DNA of 64,000 nucleotides, from the NCBI GenBank assembly GCA_028716945.1, contig JAQUOT010000001.1, positions 402,471-466,470 on the forward strand. The letters are read 5' to 3'. A program made the position numbers and the translations under genes. Shown piece by piece: positions 25,435 through 35,835 of the stretch. The notes beneath the pieces are model-generated. The model searched no databases, was not told where the DNA came from, and saw only the letters and a list, made by a program, of their open reading frames with translations. This DNA is from Candidatus Nanoarchaeia archaeon. Lineage in GTDB: Archaea > Nanobdellota > Nanobdellia > SCGC-AAA011-G17 > JAFCDX01. Positions within the stretch are counted from its first letter, which is position 1, and every line of letters begins with the position of its first letter.

Positions 25435-28341
25435 ATGGTTAATAAACTATTAAAGATAGATAAAAAGTGGCAGAAAGCTTGGGAAGATAAAAAGGCTTTC
25501 AAAGTAAAAGAAGATCCTAAAAAAAAGAAGTATTATGTTCTTGAGATGTATCCTTATCCTTCAGCTTCTTTCTTACATATGGGACATGTGAGAAATTATA
25601 CTATTGGAGATATTTATGCTAGATTCAAAAGAATGCAAGGTTTTAATATACTTTATCCAATGGGGTATGATTCATTTGGATTGCCTGCTGAAACTGCAGC
25701 AAAAAAAGAAGGAATACACCCAAAAAAATATGCAGAAAGTTCTATAAAAAAAATAATGGAATATCAGAAAGCTTTAGGCAATAGTTATGATTGGAGCAGG
25801 ATTCTTTCAAGTCACGATGTTAATTATTACAAATGGAACCAATATTTTTTCTTGAAATTATTTGAAAAAGGTTTAACTTATAGAAAAAATGCACCTGTAA
25901 ATTGGTGTGAAAAATGTCAATCAGTTCTTGCTAACGAAGAATCTGAAGGAGGAAAATGTTGGAGATGTGACAGCGAAGTTGTACAAAAACCTCTTGAACA
26001 GTGGTTCTTTAAGATAACTGCATATGCTGACAGACTTCTTAATGATTTAAATAAAATAGATTGGCCAGAAAAAATAAAATTAATGCAGAAAAATTGGATA
26101 GGTAAATCTCATGGAACAGAAATTTTATTTAAGATTAATAATGAAAATTGGCCAATATTTACAACAAGAGCAGATACAATTTATGGAGTAACTTTTATGG
26201 TTATCTCTGCACAACATCCAAAATTATTTGATTTAGTTACAAAAGAACAGAAAAAAGACGTTGATTCTTTCTTAAAGAAATTAAAAACAGTTTCTAAAGA
26301 AGAACTTGAAGAATTAGAAAAAGAAGGAGTATTTACTGGAAGTTATGCAATTAATCCTATAACCAAAGAAAAAGTTCCTGTTTACGCTGGAAATTTTGTT
26401 ATTGCAGATTATGGTTCTGGAATGGTTATGGCAGTTCCTGCTCATGATCAAAGAGATTTTGAATTTGCAAAAAAATATAATATTCCAATTAAAATTGTTA
26501 TTATACCTGAGAAAGAGTTAATTAAAGAAGACGACATGATAAATCGAATGTTCTTAGAAATAAAAAAAATAAATGAATTGATGCAAAAAAATAAGATAAA
26601 AGTTTGGTTCAATGGAACTTTTGGTGTAATCGGGCACTCTAAGAAGATATTCATTAAACCAAGAGATGTTGATTTTGGAGTTTTAGAAAAAGATTATGAA
26701 AAAGCAAAAAAGCTTCTTGTTGGTTTGGGTTACTCAAAAATAGAAGAGAAAGAAAATGAAAAATTTAAATATACATCTTATAAATATGAGGATTTATTTC
26801 TCGAGGTAGGAACATTTGATCACGATTTGGGTAATGAAGTAGCAAATATTAAAGGAATTACTTATCCAATCCCAAATGCAAGGTGGTTAGCTGAATGTTA
26901 TGAGATTACTAAAAACAAAGAGCGTCGACAGGGAAGAGGAGACGACTTTTCTGCTTTATTATTGGGATTACTTTCAGGAAGTATGAAAGAAGCATTTACA
27001 GGTAATGGAACACTAATAAATTCTAAAGAATTCAATGGTACAAATAATTTAGATGCAATAGAAGAAATTACAAAACATCTTGAAAAATTAAAATTAGGTA
27101 AAAAAGTTACTCAATACAAACTAAGAGATTGGATGATTTCTCGTCAGAGGTACTGGGGGACACCAATTCCAATAATTTATTGTGATAAATGTGGAGTAGT
27201 TCCTGTTCCAGAAAAAGATTTACCAGTAACTTTACCTGAAAAAGTTAAATTCGATACAGGAAATCCTTTATCAACAAATAAAGAATTTGTAAATGTTAAA
27301 TGCCCAAAATGTAAAGGTCCTGGAAGAAGAGAAACAGATACTATGGGCGGATTTGTAGATTCTTCATGGTATTTCATAAGATTCTGCGACAATACAAATA
27401 AAAAACAACCTTTTGATAAGAAAAAAGCAAATTATTGGATGCCTGTTGATCAATATATTGGTGGAGCAGAGCATGCAGTTATGCATCTTATGTATGCTAG
27501 ATTCTTTGTAAAAGCACTAAAAGATTTAGGTATAGTTAGTTTTGATGAACCATTTTCAAAACTTTTCAACCAAGGAATTGTTTACAAAGATGGTGCAAAA
27601 ATGTCAAAGAGCAAAGGAAATGTTGTTTATCAAACAGAAATTTCAGAAAAATATGGTATTGATACTGCAAGATTATTCTTAATGTCAATTGCTGCTCCAG
27701 ATGCAGTTATGGAATGGAGAGATGAAGGTGTTGAAAGTAGTTTTAAATTCATAAATAAAGTTATAACTTATTATGAAAACGTAAAATTAGGAAAATCTTC
27801 TGAAAAAGTAGAATCAAAATTAAATAAAACCATAAAAGAAGTTACCGAAGATATAGAATCTTTTAATTATAATATTGCAATAATAAAAATAAGAAAATTA
27901 TTTGAATCTTTTAATAAAGAAGAATCTAAAAATACTTTAGAACCATTCTTGAAATTATTCCATCCTTTCTGTCCACATATCACAGAAGAACTCTGGAGTA
28001 AATTAAAAAATAAAGAATTTTTGAGCTTGGAAGATTGGCCAAAAGCAGATTTGAAAAAAATCAATGAAAAATTCGAACAAGAAGATAAATTAATAGATAA
28101 TTTAACAGAAGATATTAATAATGTTGTTAGAATAATAAAAGAAAAAGGCAATGAACCTAAAAAAGTATTTATTTATACAATTCCAAAAGAAAAAGAAATT
28201 TATTCTAATGAAATAGAATCAATTAAACTAAGAACCACTTTGGATGTAGAAGTATTTGCAGTAAATGATCCTAAGAAACATGATCCTCAGAATAAAGCCA
28301 TTAAATCAAAACCAGGAAAACCAGCATTATATTTGGAATAA
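25435..28341 (+). CDS. leuS: leucyl-tRNA synthetase (archaeal type)
   Basis: HIGH motif (HMGHVRNYTIGD); KMSKS present; CP1 editing domain; 968 aa. Confidence 0.9.
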   Translation: MVNKLLKIDKKWQKAWEDKKAFKVKEDPKKKKYYVLEMYPYPSASFLHMGHVRNYTIGDIYARFKRMQGFNILYPMGYDSFGLPAETAAKKEGIHPKKYAESSIKKIMEYQKALGNSYDWSRILSSHDVNYYKWNQYFFLKLFEKGLTYRKNAPVNWCEKCQSVLANEESEGGKCWRCDSEVVQKPLEQWFFKITAYADRLLNDLNKIDWPEKIKLMQKNWIGKSHGTEILFKINNENWPIFTTRADTIYGVTFMVISAQHPKLFDLVTKEQKKDVDSFLKKLKTVSKEELEELEKEGVFTGSYAINPITKEKVPVYAGNFVIADYGSGMVMAVPAHDQRDFEFAKKYNIPIKIVIIPEKELIKEDDMINRMFLEIKKINELMQKNKIKVWFNGTFGVIGHSKKIFIKPRDVDFGVLEKDYEKAKKLLVGLGYSKIEEKENEKFKYTSYKYEDLFLEVGTFDHDLGNEVANIKGITYPIPNARWLAECYEITKNKERRQGRGDDFSALLLGLLSGSMKEAFTGNGTLINSKEFNGTNNLDAIEEITKHLEKLKLGKKVTQYKLRDWMISRQRYWGTPIPIIYCDKCGVVPVPEKDLPVTLPEKVKFDTGNPLSTNKEFVNVKCPKCKGPGRRETDTMGGFVDSSWYFIRFCDNTNKKQPFDKKKANYWMPVDQYIGGAEHAVMHLMYARFFVKALKDLGIVSFDEPFSKLFNQGIVYKDGAKMSKSKGNVVYQTEISEKYGIDTARLFLMSIAAPDAVMEWRDEGVESSFKFINKVITYYENVKLGKSSEKVESKLNKTIKEVTEDIESFNYNIAIIKIRKLFESFNKEESKNTLEPFLKLFHPFCPHITEELWSKLKNKEFLSLEDWPKADLKKINEKFEQEDKLIDNLTEDINNVVRIIKEKGNEPKKVFIYTIPKEKEIYSNEIESIKLRTTLDVEVFAVNDPKKHDPQNKAIKSKPGKPALYLE

Positions 28342-28399
28342 CTTCAATCTAAACTAAAGTCTTAACTATCTTTATAAATAAGGTTTACTTCTAAAAATC

Positions 28400-28978
28400 A
28401 TGGCAGAAGATAAATTTTTATTGGTGTCTTTAGGAGAAGAGAAATCAAAGAAGCTTGCTCAAGTGATTTCTTCAGATACAGCAAGAAAGATAATTAATTT
28501 ATTAGCAGAAAAGGATTTTACTGAAACCGAAATAGCTGAAAGATTAAATTTACCTTTAACAACTGCCCATTATAATACACAACAACTAGAAGATGCAGGT
28601 TTGATAGAATCAAAAGGATTTAAATGGTCTGAGAAAGGTAAGAAAATAAAATATTATCAGTTAGTTAACAAATTAATTATAGTAACACCTAAATCTACAA
28701 AAAACTTTTCAGATATATTAAAGGGAATATTGCCTGTAACTTTAATTGGAGCTTTAGGTTCTTTAGGAATTTACCTTTATGAGAAATCACAATTAATTAC
28801 AACTAACTTGGATTCTACTGGTGGACAAATGTTAAAGTCAGTAACAGAAGAAGCAGTTTTAGCAGCACCAGCAGTTGTACAACAATCAATGATGAATTAT
28901 GGTCTATACTTTTTTATTGGAGTCATATTCACAACATTTTTATATATAGGAATACAATATATTAAGAGGAAAAAATGA
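28400..28978 (+). CDS. ArsR-family wHTH regulator with C-terminal transmembrane anchor
   Basis: HTH region FTETEIAERLNLPLTTAHYNTQQLEDAGLIE; C-terminal TM helices LPVTLIGALGSLGIYLY and GLYFFIGVIFTTFLYI. Confidence 0.5.
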   Translation: MAEDKFLLVSLGEEKSKKLAQVISSDTARKIINLLAEKDFTETEIAERLNLPLTTAHYNTQQLEDAGLIESKGFKWSEKGKKIKYYQLVNKLIIVTPKSTKNFSDILKGILPVTLIGALGSLGIYLYEKSQLITTNLDSTGGQMLKSVTEEAVLAAPAVVQQSMMNYGLYFFIGVIFTTFLYIGIQYIKRKK

Positions 28979-30243
28979 AAATATTAAATCTATTTTTGGT
29001 TTTATTATTGGTATTACCTATTAGTTTAGCAGCAGAAGAAATGGCACAAACTAAGATTATGGCTTATCCTCCATACCAAGCAAATACTGGATTGAACCAA
29101 TATTATACTGTTGATTTTGATGAAGAAGGAGATGCAACAGTTGCTGCTAAGATAGAAATACAAAATTTTGATAAAGAAGGTGTATCTCAATTACAATTTG
29201 AAATTCCTGGAACAAATGTAAGAATGATTAATTTAGTTCAAGAATATTTCTTATATACCGAAGATTGTTCAAATTGGCAGAAAGTTTGTAATTCTATGGG
29301 TTGCTTAGATCAGTGTACTTCTTATTATCCAAGGCAAATATGGCCTCCGCAATATGAATCTATAAATTATGAAACAGATACTTTATCTAATTCTGTTTTA
29401 TATAGGATGAAACTTCCTCATAAAATAAATCAGAGTGAAACCAGTTCAATTATTGTATATTACAAAACAAGATCTTATACACAAAAAAATTTAGGTATAT
29501 TTGATTTTAATTTTGAAACCATAAAATTAAATTATGATACAAATAGTGTAAATGTTGGAGTTTCTGTAAGTGGAGATTTACATTTAAAAGGAACTAGCCA
29601 AAACGTAAATTATTTACCTGAATTTGAAAGAGCTGCACAAGACTTTTCTATGGGAAAAGTAGGAGAAATGGCAAATGTAGTTGGATATATTGGTCAAGGT
29701 TCTTATTCTAGAAATGCAAATTCTTTAGATCCAATGGAAAGTTTTAGTTTAACTGGAAGTTATGCAAAATCTTGGTTAAATTTATACAGGTTTAGAATAT
29801 TTATTGGATTATTAATTGCAATAGGTTTAATTTTCGGAGCTTATTATGCATTAAAAAAATTAGAAGTATTTGAACAAAAAAATGCAAAAAAATGTATTTG
29901 GTCTGGAATAGCAAGTTCATTAGCTTTAATTATATTATGGACATTAACTTCTCTATTCTTAAATTTAATAAATAAATATGCTGCTTATAATGTTCAATCT
30001 ATGATATTTTTAATGGTTTTATTGTTAATTGGAATAATATCTTTATTTGTAATGTTTGGACCAATAGTCTACTTTGGCTTAAAATATGGTCTTAAAGAAG
30101 CAGTAATCGCTACTATATCTTTTTTAATCTCTTTGGTGATATTTGGTATTATTGCAACAATAATTCTTGTTTTATTGATGCCTTCTAATTCTGGACCAAT
30201 TTATAGATATGCTATGGAAACCGCAAAAGCGGTAATGGCTTAA
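28975..30243 (+). CDS. membrane protein: signal peptide, Cys-containing extracytoplasmic domain, four C-terminal TM helices
   Basis: Signal peptide MKILNLFLVLLLVLPISLAAE; Cys cluster CSNWQKVCNSMGCLDQC; TM helices from about residue 265; translationally coupled to the upstream regulator (ATGA overlap). Confidence 0.5.
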   Translation: MKILNLFLVLLLVLPISLAAEEMAQTKIMAYPPYQANTGLNQYYTVDFDEEGDATVAAKIEIQNFDKEGVSQLQFEIPGTNVRMINLVQEYFLYTEDCSNWQKVCNSMGCLDQCTSYYPRQIWPPQYESINYETDTLSNSVLYRMKLPHKINQSETSSIIVYYKTRSYTQKNLGIFDFNFETIKLNYDTNSVNVGVSVSGDLHLKGTSQNVNYLPEFERAAQDFSMGKVGEMANVVGYIGQGSYSRNANSLDPMESFSLTGSYAKSWLNLYRFRIFIGLLIAIGLIFGAYYALKKLEVFEQKNAKKCIWSGIASSLALIILWTLTSLFLNLINKYAAYNVQSMIFLMVLLLIGIISLFVMFGPIVYFGLKYGLKEAVIATISFLISLVIFGIIATIILVLLMPSNSGPIYRYAMETAKAVMA

Positions 30244-30314
30244 TTGTTACCACTCTAAAATAATATCAATAGAAAAGTTTATAAGCAATTATCCGCAATT
30301 CTTTTTAACTTAAA

Positions 30315-31151
30315 ATGGTAAAGAAATTTTTTGTAGGAGATAGACAGATATATCTTAATAGATTTGACAAAATTAAGGATATTTTTAAAGAGAATTTGGA
30401 TGTTTTTTATGATGCTTGTAGAGACATTAAGAATAATAAATGGCTTTCTATAGCTTGTGTTTTATTAACTGTTGAAAGTTTTCATTTAACAAATAATATT
30501 TTAGAAAAGTATCATACCAAAAAACAAAATCTTGAAGCAAAGGTTATGGTACAACCTATACCAAAATATGAACCTCAACCAGTTCCTATTCCTGTAGTTA
30601 AACCAGTTGAAACTGTAGAAAAATTTGTTCTTCCAACAGAAGTTGTAAAATCTATGGATTATTGGGCTTCATCTTATAATAATGATAAACTTCTGACAGA
30701 AGCTATCGCTTTTAAGGAAAGTGGAGGAGATATATATAAAGTTAGTAAAGATGGAGCAGTAGGAGTAATGCAAATAATGCCTTGTACTGCTTTAGATGTT
30801 GGACTTGATATTCCAACTAGCGAATATGAAGTTATAAAAGGGGTTTGTTATAACACTCCTACTTGTGTTAAAGAAAACGAACAAAATTGTGATTATCAAA
30901 ATGATCAGAGATTTAGTTTAAATTATAATATTCGTGCAGGAATGTATTACCAACAATATTTAAGAAAACTGCCTTATATTGGAAAAGACAGAGAAAAAAT
31001 GTTGGCTGCTTATAATTATGGACCGGGACATATAAACGAACTTTGTGATGGTTTAAGTTATAAACAATGTGAACCAAATTTACCTATAGAAACTAAAAAT
31101 TATGTAAATAAAGTCCTTGAAATATATAATTATAAAAGAAATAAAAGTTAA
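30315..31151 (+). CDS. membrane-anchored SLT-domain lytic transglycosylase-like protein
   Basis: N-terminal TM WLSIACVLLTVESF. SLT catalytic block AFKESGGDIYKVSKDGAVGVMQIMPCTALDVGL (ES ... GxMQxMPxTA). Downstream AAYNYGPGHI (AYNxG). Confidence 0.65.
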   Translation: MVKKFFVGDRQIYLNRFDKIKDIFKENLDVFYDACRDIKNNKWLSIACVLLTVESFHLTNNILEKYHTKKQNLEAKVMVQPIPKYEPQPVPIPVVKPVETVEKFVLPTEVVKSMDYWASSYNNDKLLTEAIAFKESGGDIYKVSKDGAVGVMQIMPCTALDVGLDIPTSEYEVIKGVCYNTPTCVKENEQNCDYQNDQRFSLNYNIRAGMYYQQYLRKLPYIGKDREKMLAAYNYGPGHINELCDGLSYKQCEPNLPIETKNYVNKVLEIYNYKRNKS

Positions 31152-31717
31152 TAACTAAAGAAACTGATTTTTGCATTCTTCATTTTTCTATAAAAAATAT
31201 ATTCTGGTTTATTTTCTTTAGATTTAATAAACTCTTTTGATAAACCTTCCCATACAAAGAACCACCCTGCCGGTTCAAATATTATAAACATTAATTTTTC
31301 TAAAAACGAGGGTCCGGATGAATGTAAAAATGTTACAGATATTAACATTAAAATAATTCCAGCAATAAACCATATTATTCCTTCTTTTTTAACTTCTTTT
31401 ATTTCATTTTCTTTTTCTTTAAAGTGGTGATCAAAATGTTCTTTTAATCTTCTTCTTATTTTTGCTTCGTGTTCTAAGCTTCTTTTTTGTTTGGGTATTA
31501 ATAATCTTAATTCTAATCCTTCTTCTGGTTTGTCTATAGAAGCTCTTTTACATTCTGTTAAAAAATCAGTTGATAACGATCTTTCTGAATAAGCTCTTGG
31601 ATCAAACCCAGAAAATAAATCACCATAAGAATCAAGAACTAGACTAATATTTCCTTCCCTTAGCGTATATTCATAAACTTTTTCTGTTTTTTTAACAAAT
31701 TTACCTCTTTTTTTCAT
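31148..31717 (-). CDS. hypothetical membrane protein
   Basis: 189 aa; one central TM (IIWFIAGIILMLISVTFL) plus a hydrophobic C-terminal segment. Confidence 0.4.
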   Translation of the reverse strand: MKKRGKFVKKTEKVYEYTLREGNISLVLDSYGDLFSGFDPRAYSERSLSTDFLTECKRASIDKPEEGLELRLLIPKQKRSLEHEAKIRRRLKEHFDHHFKEKENEIKEVKKEGIIWFIAGIILMLISVTFLHSSGPSFLEKLMFIIFEPAGWFFVWEGLSKEFIKSKENKPEYIFYRKMKNAKISFFSY

Positions 31718-31763
31718 ATAACACCTATAAATTATTAAGTTTTTTATTTTAAATAGCTTTTGT

Positions 31764-33902
31764 TTATTCTAAAATAGCTTTTATTCTTCTAATTCCTGCA
31801 GCTATTGATTCTTCCTTAATAATTTTGAACTTTCCTAATTCTTTTGTATTTTTAACATGAGGACCCATACATATTTCTTTTGAATAGTCTCCAATTGAAT
31901 ATACAGAAACCTTTTCAGGATATTTAGCTCCAAATTCATGTTGTGCTCCAGATTTTATTGCTCTGTCTAGAGGCATTTCTTCTCTTATTATATCTAATTT
32001 TTTATTAATTACTTTATTTACTTCATCTTCTACTTTTTTAACTTCTTCATCTGTTAGTTTTCTATCAAAGTTAAAATCAAATCTTAATCTTTCTGGAGTA
32101 ATATTAGAACCTTTTTGTTTTATTTCTTTGGATAAAATTCTTCTTAATGCTTCGTTCAATAGATGTGTAGCAGTATGTAATTTTGCAGTTATTTCAGATG
32201 CTTCAGATAATCCGCCTTTGAATTTCTTTTCAGCTCCGACTCTGGATAATTCTTGATGTTTTTCAAACTCTTTATTAAAACCTTTTTCATCTACATCAAT
32301 TCCTTTTTCTTTTGCTAATTCTTGAACCATTTCTAATGGAAAACCATAACTTTGGAATAATAAGAAGGCATCTTTACCAGAAATATTTTTATCAGATATT
32401 TTTTCAAATTGTTTGATTCCTTTTTCAAGTGTTTCTCTAAATCTTACTTCTTCGTTTTCAAGTTCTTTCATAATGAAATTATATTTTTGCTTTAATTCAG
32501 GATAATCTTCTTTGTACATTTCAATTACAATTTTTGCAATAGGTTTTGTTAAATTATCTTTAATTCCTAATAAATTTCCATGTCTTATTGCTCTTCTGAT
32601 AAATCTTCTTAAAATATATCCTTGATCTACATTGCTTGGAAGAACATCTCTTTCATCACCTAAAATAAAAGTTGCTGCTCTCATATGATCTGAAATAATT
32701 CTAACGCTTTTTTCATTTTCTTTTGAAATTGATTTTAGTTTAGCTAATTTTTTAATTTCTTCAATTAAAGGTAAGAAAAGTTCTGTTTCATAAACATTTT
32801 TTTTACCTTCCAACATAGCAGAAGTTCTTTCTACTCCCATTCCTGTATCAACATTCTTTTGTTTAAGAGGAATGAAAGCAATTAAGTGATCTTCTATAAC
32901 TTTTTTTATTGATTTGATGTCGGTGTAATGTTTAGATAAGATGCCTAATTTTGCTGCAGTTTCTATATTTTTTTCATCATGATCAAAATAAATAACTTCT
33001 TCTGGTTGAAGATCAAATGTTTTTAAGAGGGTATTAAAATACTCAGGGTTATCTTTTTTTATTCCTTTTTCTTCTAATGAAAAGGCTTGCCAATTTGTAT
33101 CTAATTCTGGATTATAATTCTGCACTAATTTAAGCCCTTTTTCTTTAAATTTATTAACAACCAATATACTATGACTATTAAAATTATTAATAGTATCTAA
33201 TAATTCCTTATTAAGGTTAAACTTATCATCATAAAGGCAATACATTCCATCAACTAATATAAGTCTCTTATCTTTTTTGTACCCCATGAAAACATCATTC
33301 CAAATTTCTATGAATTTTCCACAAGAACATCCAGGTTTGCAATTTTTAGAACATTTTTCTTTTCCTGTATCTATAAACATTTCAGTACAAGGACCACAAG
33401 GACCTGTTGTTCCTGCAGGACCCCACCAATTATCTACCTTTGGTAGGAAATATATTCTTTCTTTTGGTATTCCTAAAGATTGCCAAGTTTTTGCACTTTC
33501 TTCATCTTTTGGAGCATCTTTATCTCCTGCGAATACTGTAACAGATAACAAATTTTTATCAAATTTTAAGACTTTAGTTAAAAATTCAAAGCTATATTCA
33601 ATTGCTTCTTTTTTAAAATAATCTCCTAAAGACCAATTTCCTAACATTTCAAAGAAAGTTAAATGAGCAGGATCACCTACAGAATCAATATCTCCTGTTC
33701 TAATACATTTTTGTACATCAGCAAGTCTTTTACCTAAAGGATGCTTTTGACCCATTAAAAAAGGGACTAATGGATGCATACCTGCCGTTGTAAATAACAC
33801 TGTAGGATCAAATTCTGGTATCAAAGAAGCTGATTTTATAATAGCATGACCTTTAGATTTAAAGAATTCTAGATATTTTTGCTTTAATTCATGTGCTTTC
33901 AT
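31764..33902 (-). CDS. alaS: alanyl-tRNA synthetase, short form lacking the C-Ala domain, with an insertion of about 130 aa in the catalytic domain
   Basis: FTTAGMHPLVPF, GTTGPCGPCTEMF, KNVDTGMGVERT and a C-terminal editing domain ending HVKNTKELGKFKIIKEE. The inserted segment KRLILVDGMYCLYDD ... VIYFDHDEKNIETAAKLGI lies between FMGY and PLKQKNVDTGMG. Confidence 0.85.
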   Translation of the reverse strand: MKAHELKQKYLEFFKSKGHAIIKSASLIPEFDPTVLFTTAGMHPLVPFLMGQKHPLGKRLADVQKCIRTGDIDSVGDPAHLTFFEMLGNWSLGDYFKKEAIEYSFEFLTKVLKFDKNLLSVTVFAGDKDAPKDEESAKTWQSLGIPKERIYFLPKVDNWWGPAGTTGPCGPCTEMFIDTGKEKCSKNCKPGCSCGKFIEIWNDVFMGYKKDKRLILVDGMYCLYDDKFNLNKELLDTINNFNSHSILVVNKFKEKGLKLVQNYNPELDTNWQAFSLEEKGIKKDNPEYFNTLLKTFDLQPEEVIYFDHDEKNIETAAKLGILSKHYTDIKSIKKVIEDHLIAFIPLKQKNVDTGMGVERTSAMLEGKKNVYETELFLPLIEEIKKLAKLKSISKENEKSVRIISDHMRAATFILGDERDVLPSNVDQGYILRRFIRRAIRHGNLLGIKDNLTKPIAKIVIEMYKEDYPELKQKYNFIMKELENEEVRFRETLEKGIKQFEKISDKNISGKDAFLLFQSYGFPLEMVQELAKEKGIDVDEKGFNKEFEKHQELSRVGAEKKFKGGLSEASEITAKLHTATHLLNEALRRILSKEIKQKGSNITPERLRFDFNFDRKLTDEEVKKVEDEVNKVINKKLDIIREEMPLDRAIKSGAQHEFGAKYPEKVSVYSIGDYSKEICMGPHVKNTKELGKFKIIKEESIAAGIRRIKAILE

Positions 33903-33940
33903 TACAATTCCTTTTATAATTAGTTATATAAAATTTTCTA

Positions 33941-34441
33941 TTATTTTATAGAATGCAATTTCTTTTGAATATTCATTATTTCATCTGCAAGTTTTTTAGA
34001 TTCATAATTTTCTTCTAAATTAATATCTTCTATTATTTCTTCGGGTTCTTCGTATATTGGTTCTACTTGATGAGGTTCTTGTTTTTTATGAATTTCATGA
34101 GGTGCTAGTTTGTGTTCTACTTTATGAATTACAGGACGTTCTATTTTCTTTGGAATTGTATTATGAACTTCATGAAGTTCTGGAACTTTTTCTACTTTAA
34201 TTTCTAATACAGGAAGGGATTTTTTAAAACTTAATTTTGATCTTCTAATATCTCTTACCTTTATCTTTAAATCTTGTAAAGCCTGCATTCTATACTTCAT
34301 TACTTTACTCTGTCCTACTTTTTTAAGTAAATTTGCTGTTTCTAGAGCAGCACCTAGAACTTCCTTCCTAATTGCTATAGGATTATCAACATGAGTATAA
34401 ACAACACTCGATTTTTGTTCTACCATTTTACTGAGATTCAA
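33941..34441 (-). CDS. hypothetical K/E-rich protein
   Basis: 166 aa, charged and low-complexity; overlaps the upstream ORF by 14 nt. Confidence 0.35.
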   Translation of the reverse strand: MNLSKMVEQKSSVVYTHVDNPIAIRKEVLGAALETANLLKKVGQSKVMKYRMQALQDLKIKVRDIRRSKLSFKKSLPVLEIKVEKVPELHEVHNTIPKKIERPVIHKVEHKLAPHEIHKKQEPHQVEPIYEEPEEIIEDINLEENYESKKLADEIMNIQKKLHSIK

Positions 34442-35153
34442 ATATTTTTCTATCTATTTCCAATAGTTTAGTTTTTATTTTTTCTAATTCTACTTTCCAA
34501 GAACCAATTTCTTTTTCTTCTTCTAATCTTATTCTATTAAGTTCATCAAGAATTAAATCTGCTTCTCTTATTCTTAATTTTATATTTTCTAAATCATTAA
34601 GAGCATCTTTAAAATTTTCTATTCTTACAAATAAAGGTTGTTTATCATCTAGTTCAACTCTCCTAGGCATTAATTTTTCAATTCTTTCAGGAACAGCTCT
34701 TTCTCTTACCGGAATTATATATTCTATACATTCTGGTTTTGGATGATGATGTACTGTCTTTTTTGTTTCTGGTTTTTTATATTGTGTCATTTTTTTATCG
34801 CGTTGTATTGGTTTAAATTCTGGTTGAGGAAAATCTTCCACTCTTGGTTCTTCAATACCTTCTTCATCTATTGAAAAAGGCAATGGTTCTTCATTATATG
34901 ATTCATATATTGGTTCTTTATAACTATAAACAGGTTCTTTTTTAGTTTCTTTAACCATTTCTTTTAATGTAGGTAAAGAAATTCTCTTTCTCATTTCTTC
35001 ATGAGTTTCATCTTCAGGTATATCTGGTTCTGGACCTGGAAGCTCTAATTTTTTATTTTCAAATTGAGATTCATAAGTAGGAAGTTCTAAATCTGGTAAT
35101 TTTGGTAGAGTTAAAGATACGTCCTCTCTTTTCTTTTTTGTAAACCAACCCAT
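34428..35153 (-). CDS. hypothetical acidic/K-rich protein
   Basis: 241 aa with a Pro/Glu-rich N-half and a coiled-coil C-half. Confidence 0.35.
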   Translation of the reverse strand: MGWFTKKKREDVSLTLPKLPDLELPTYESQFENKKLELPGPEPDIPEDETHEEMRKRISLPTLKEMVKETKKEPVYSYKEPIYESYNEEPLPFSIDEEGIEEPRVEDFPQPEFKPIQRDKKMTQYKKPETKKTVHHHPKPECIEYIIPVRERAVPERIEKLMPRRVELDDKQPLFVRIENFKDALNDLENIKLRIREADLILDELNRIRLEEEKEIGSWKVELEKIKTKLLEIDRKIFESQ

Positions 35154-35244
35154 ACTCTTTCTACTTTTAAGAGGTTATTAAAGCTTTCTTTATTATTATT
35201 CTGTAGTAAATTAGTAATCAATACATTTTTATATTTCTTATATC

Positions 35245-35835
35245 ATGAAATTTTATTATCCTATGTCTAAAAAAACTAAATCTAAGAAGAAAAAGGTTTC
35301 TCCCAAAAAAGAAAAACCTATCTCTATCTATGACAAAGAATTTAAGACTCTTTTAACGAATTTAATCGGTCCAGAAGCAGTTACTGTTGTAGATCAATTG
35401 ATAAAAAGAAAGAATGTTTCTGAATTTACTGTTGCAGAAAATTTAGAAATGAATATTAATCAATTTAGGAGTATTATTTACAAGCTTGATGCTTATAATT
35501 TGGTTTCTGGAACAAGAAAAAAAGATAAGAAAAAAGGTTGGTATATTTATTATTGGACTTTTCATCCAGAAAGACTGGAAAACTTGTATTGGAACATTAA
35601 ATTGAGAAAATTAAAGAAATTAAAAGAGAGATTAGCTCAAGAATCAAAAACTTTGTTTTACGTTTGTCCTAACAAATGCATAAGGGTTAATTTACATGAA
35701 GGCATGGAGATGAATTTTAGATGTCCTGAATGTAATTCTTTGTTGAAAGAAGATATTCCTAATATAAAAAAGTTTGAGAAAGAAATAAAAGAACTTGAAG
35801 AAGAATTAAAAAAAGCAGGAAAATTACAATATTAA
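35245..35835 (+). CDS. tfe: transcription factor E (TFIIE alpha homolog)
   Basis: Winged-helix segment followed by zinc ribbon CPNKC ... CPECN; 196 aa. Confidence 0.6.
   Translation: MKFYYPMSKKTKSKKKKVSPKKEKPISIYDKEFKTLLTNLIGPEAVTVVDQLIKRKNVSEFTVAENLEMNINQFRSIIYKLDAYNLVSGTRKKDKKKGWYIYYWTFHPERLENLYWNIKLRKLKKLKERLAQESKTLFYVCPNKCIRVNLHEGMEMNFRCPECNSLLKEDIPNIKKFEKEIKELEEELKKAGKLQY

Noticed and set aside
26448-28151. Minus-strand ORFs (68, 71, 94 aa) inside leuS; likewise 33277..33621 in alaS, 43784..44122 and 44550..44993 in the transglutaminase-like and proS genes, 55473..56846 in srp54, 58229..58859 in the ftsY region
   Set aside because: All are antisense shadows within long, well-supported genes.
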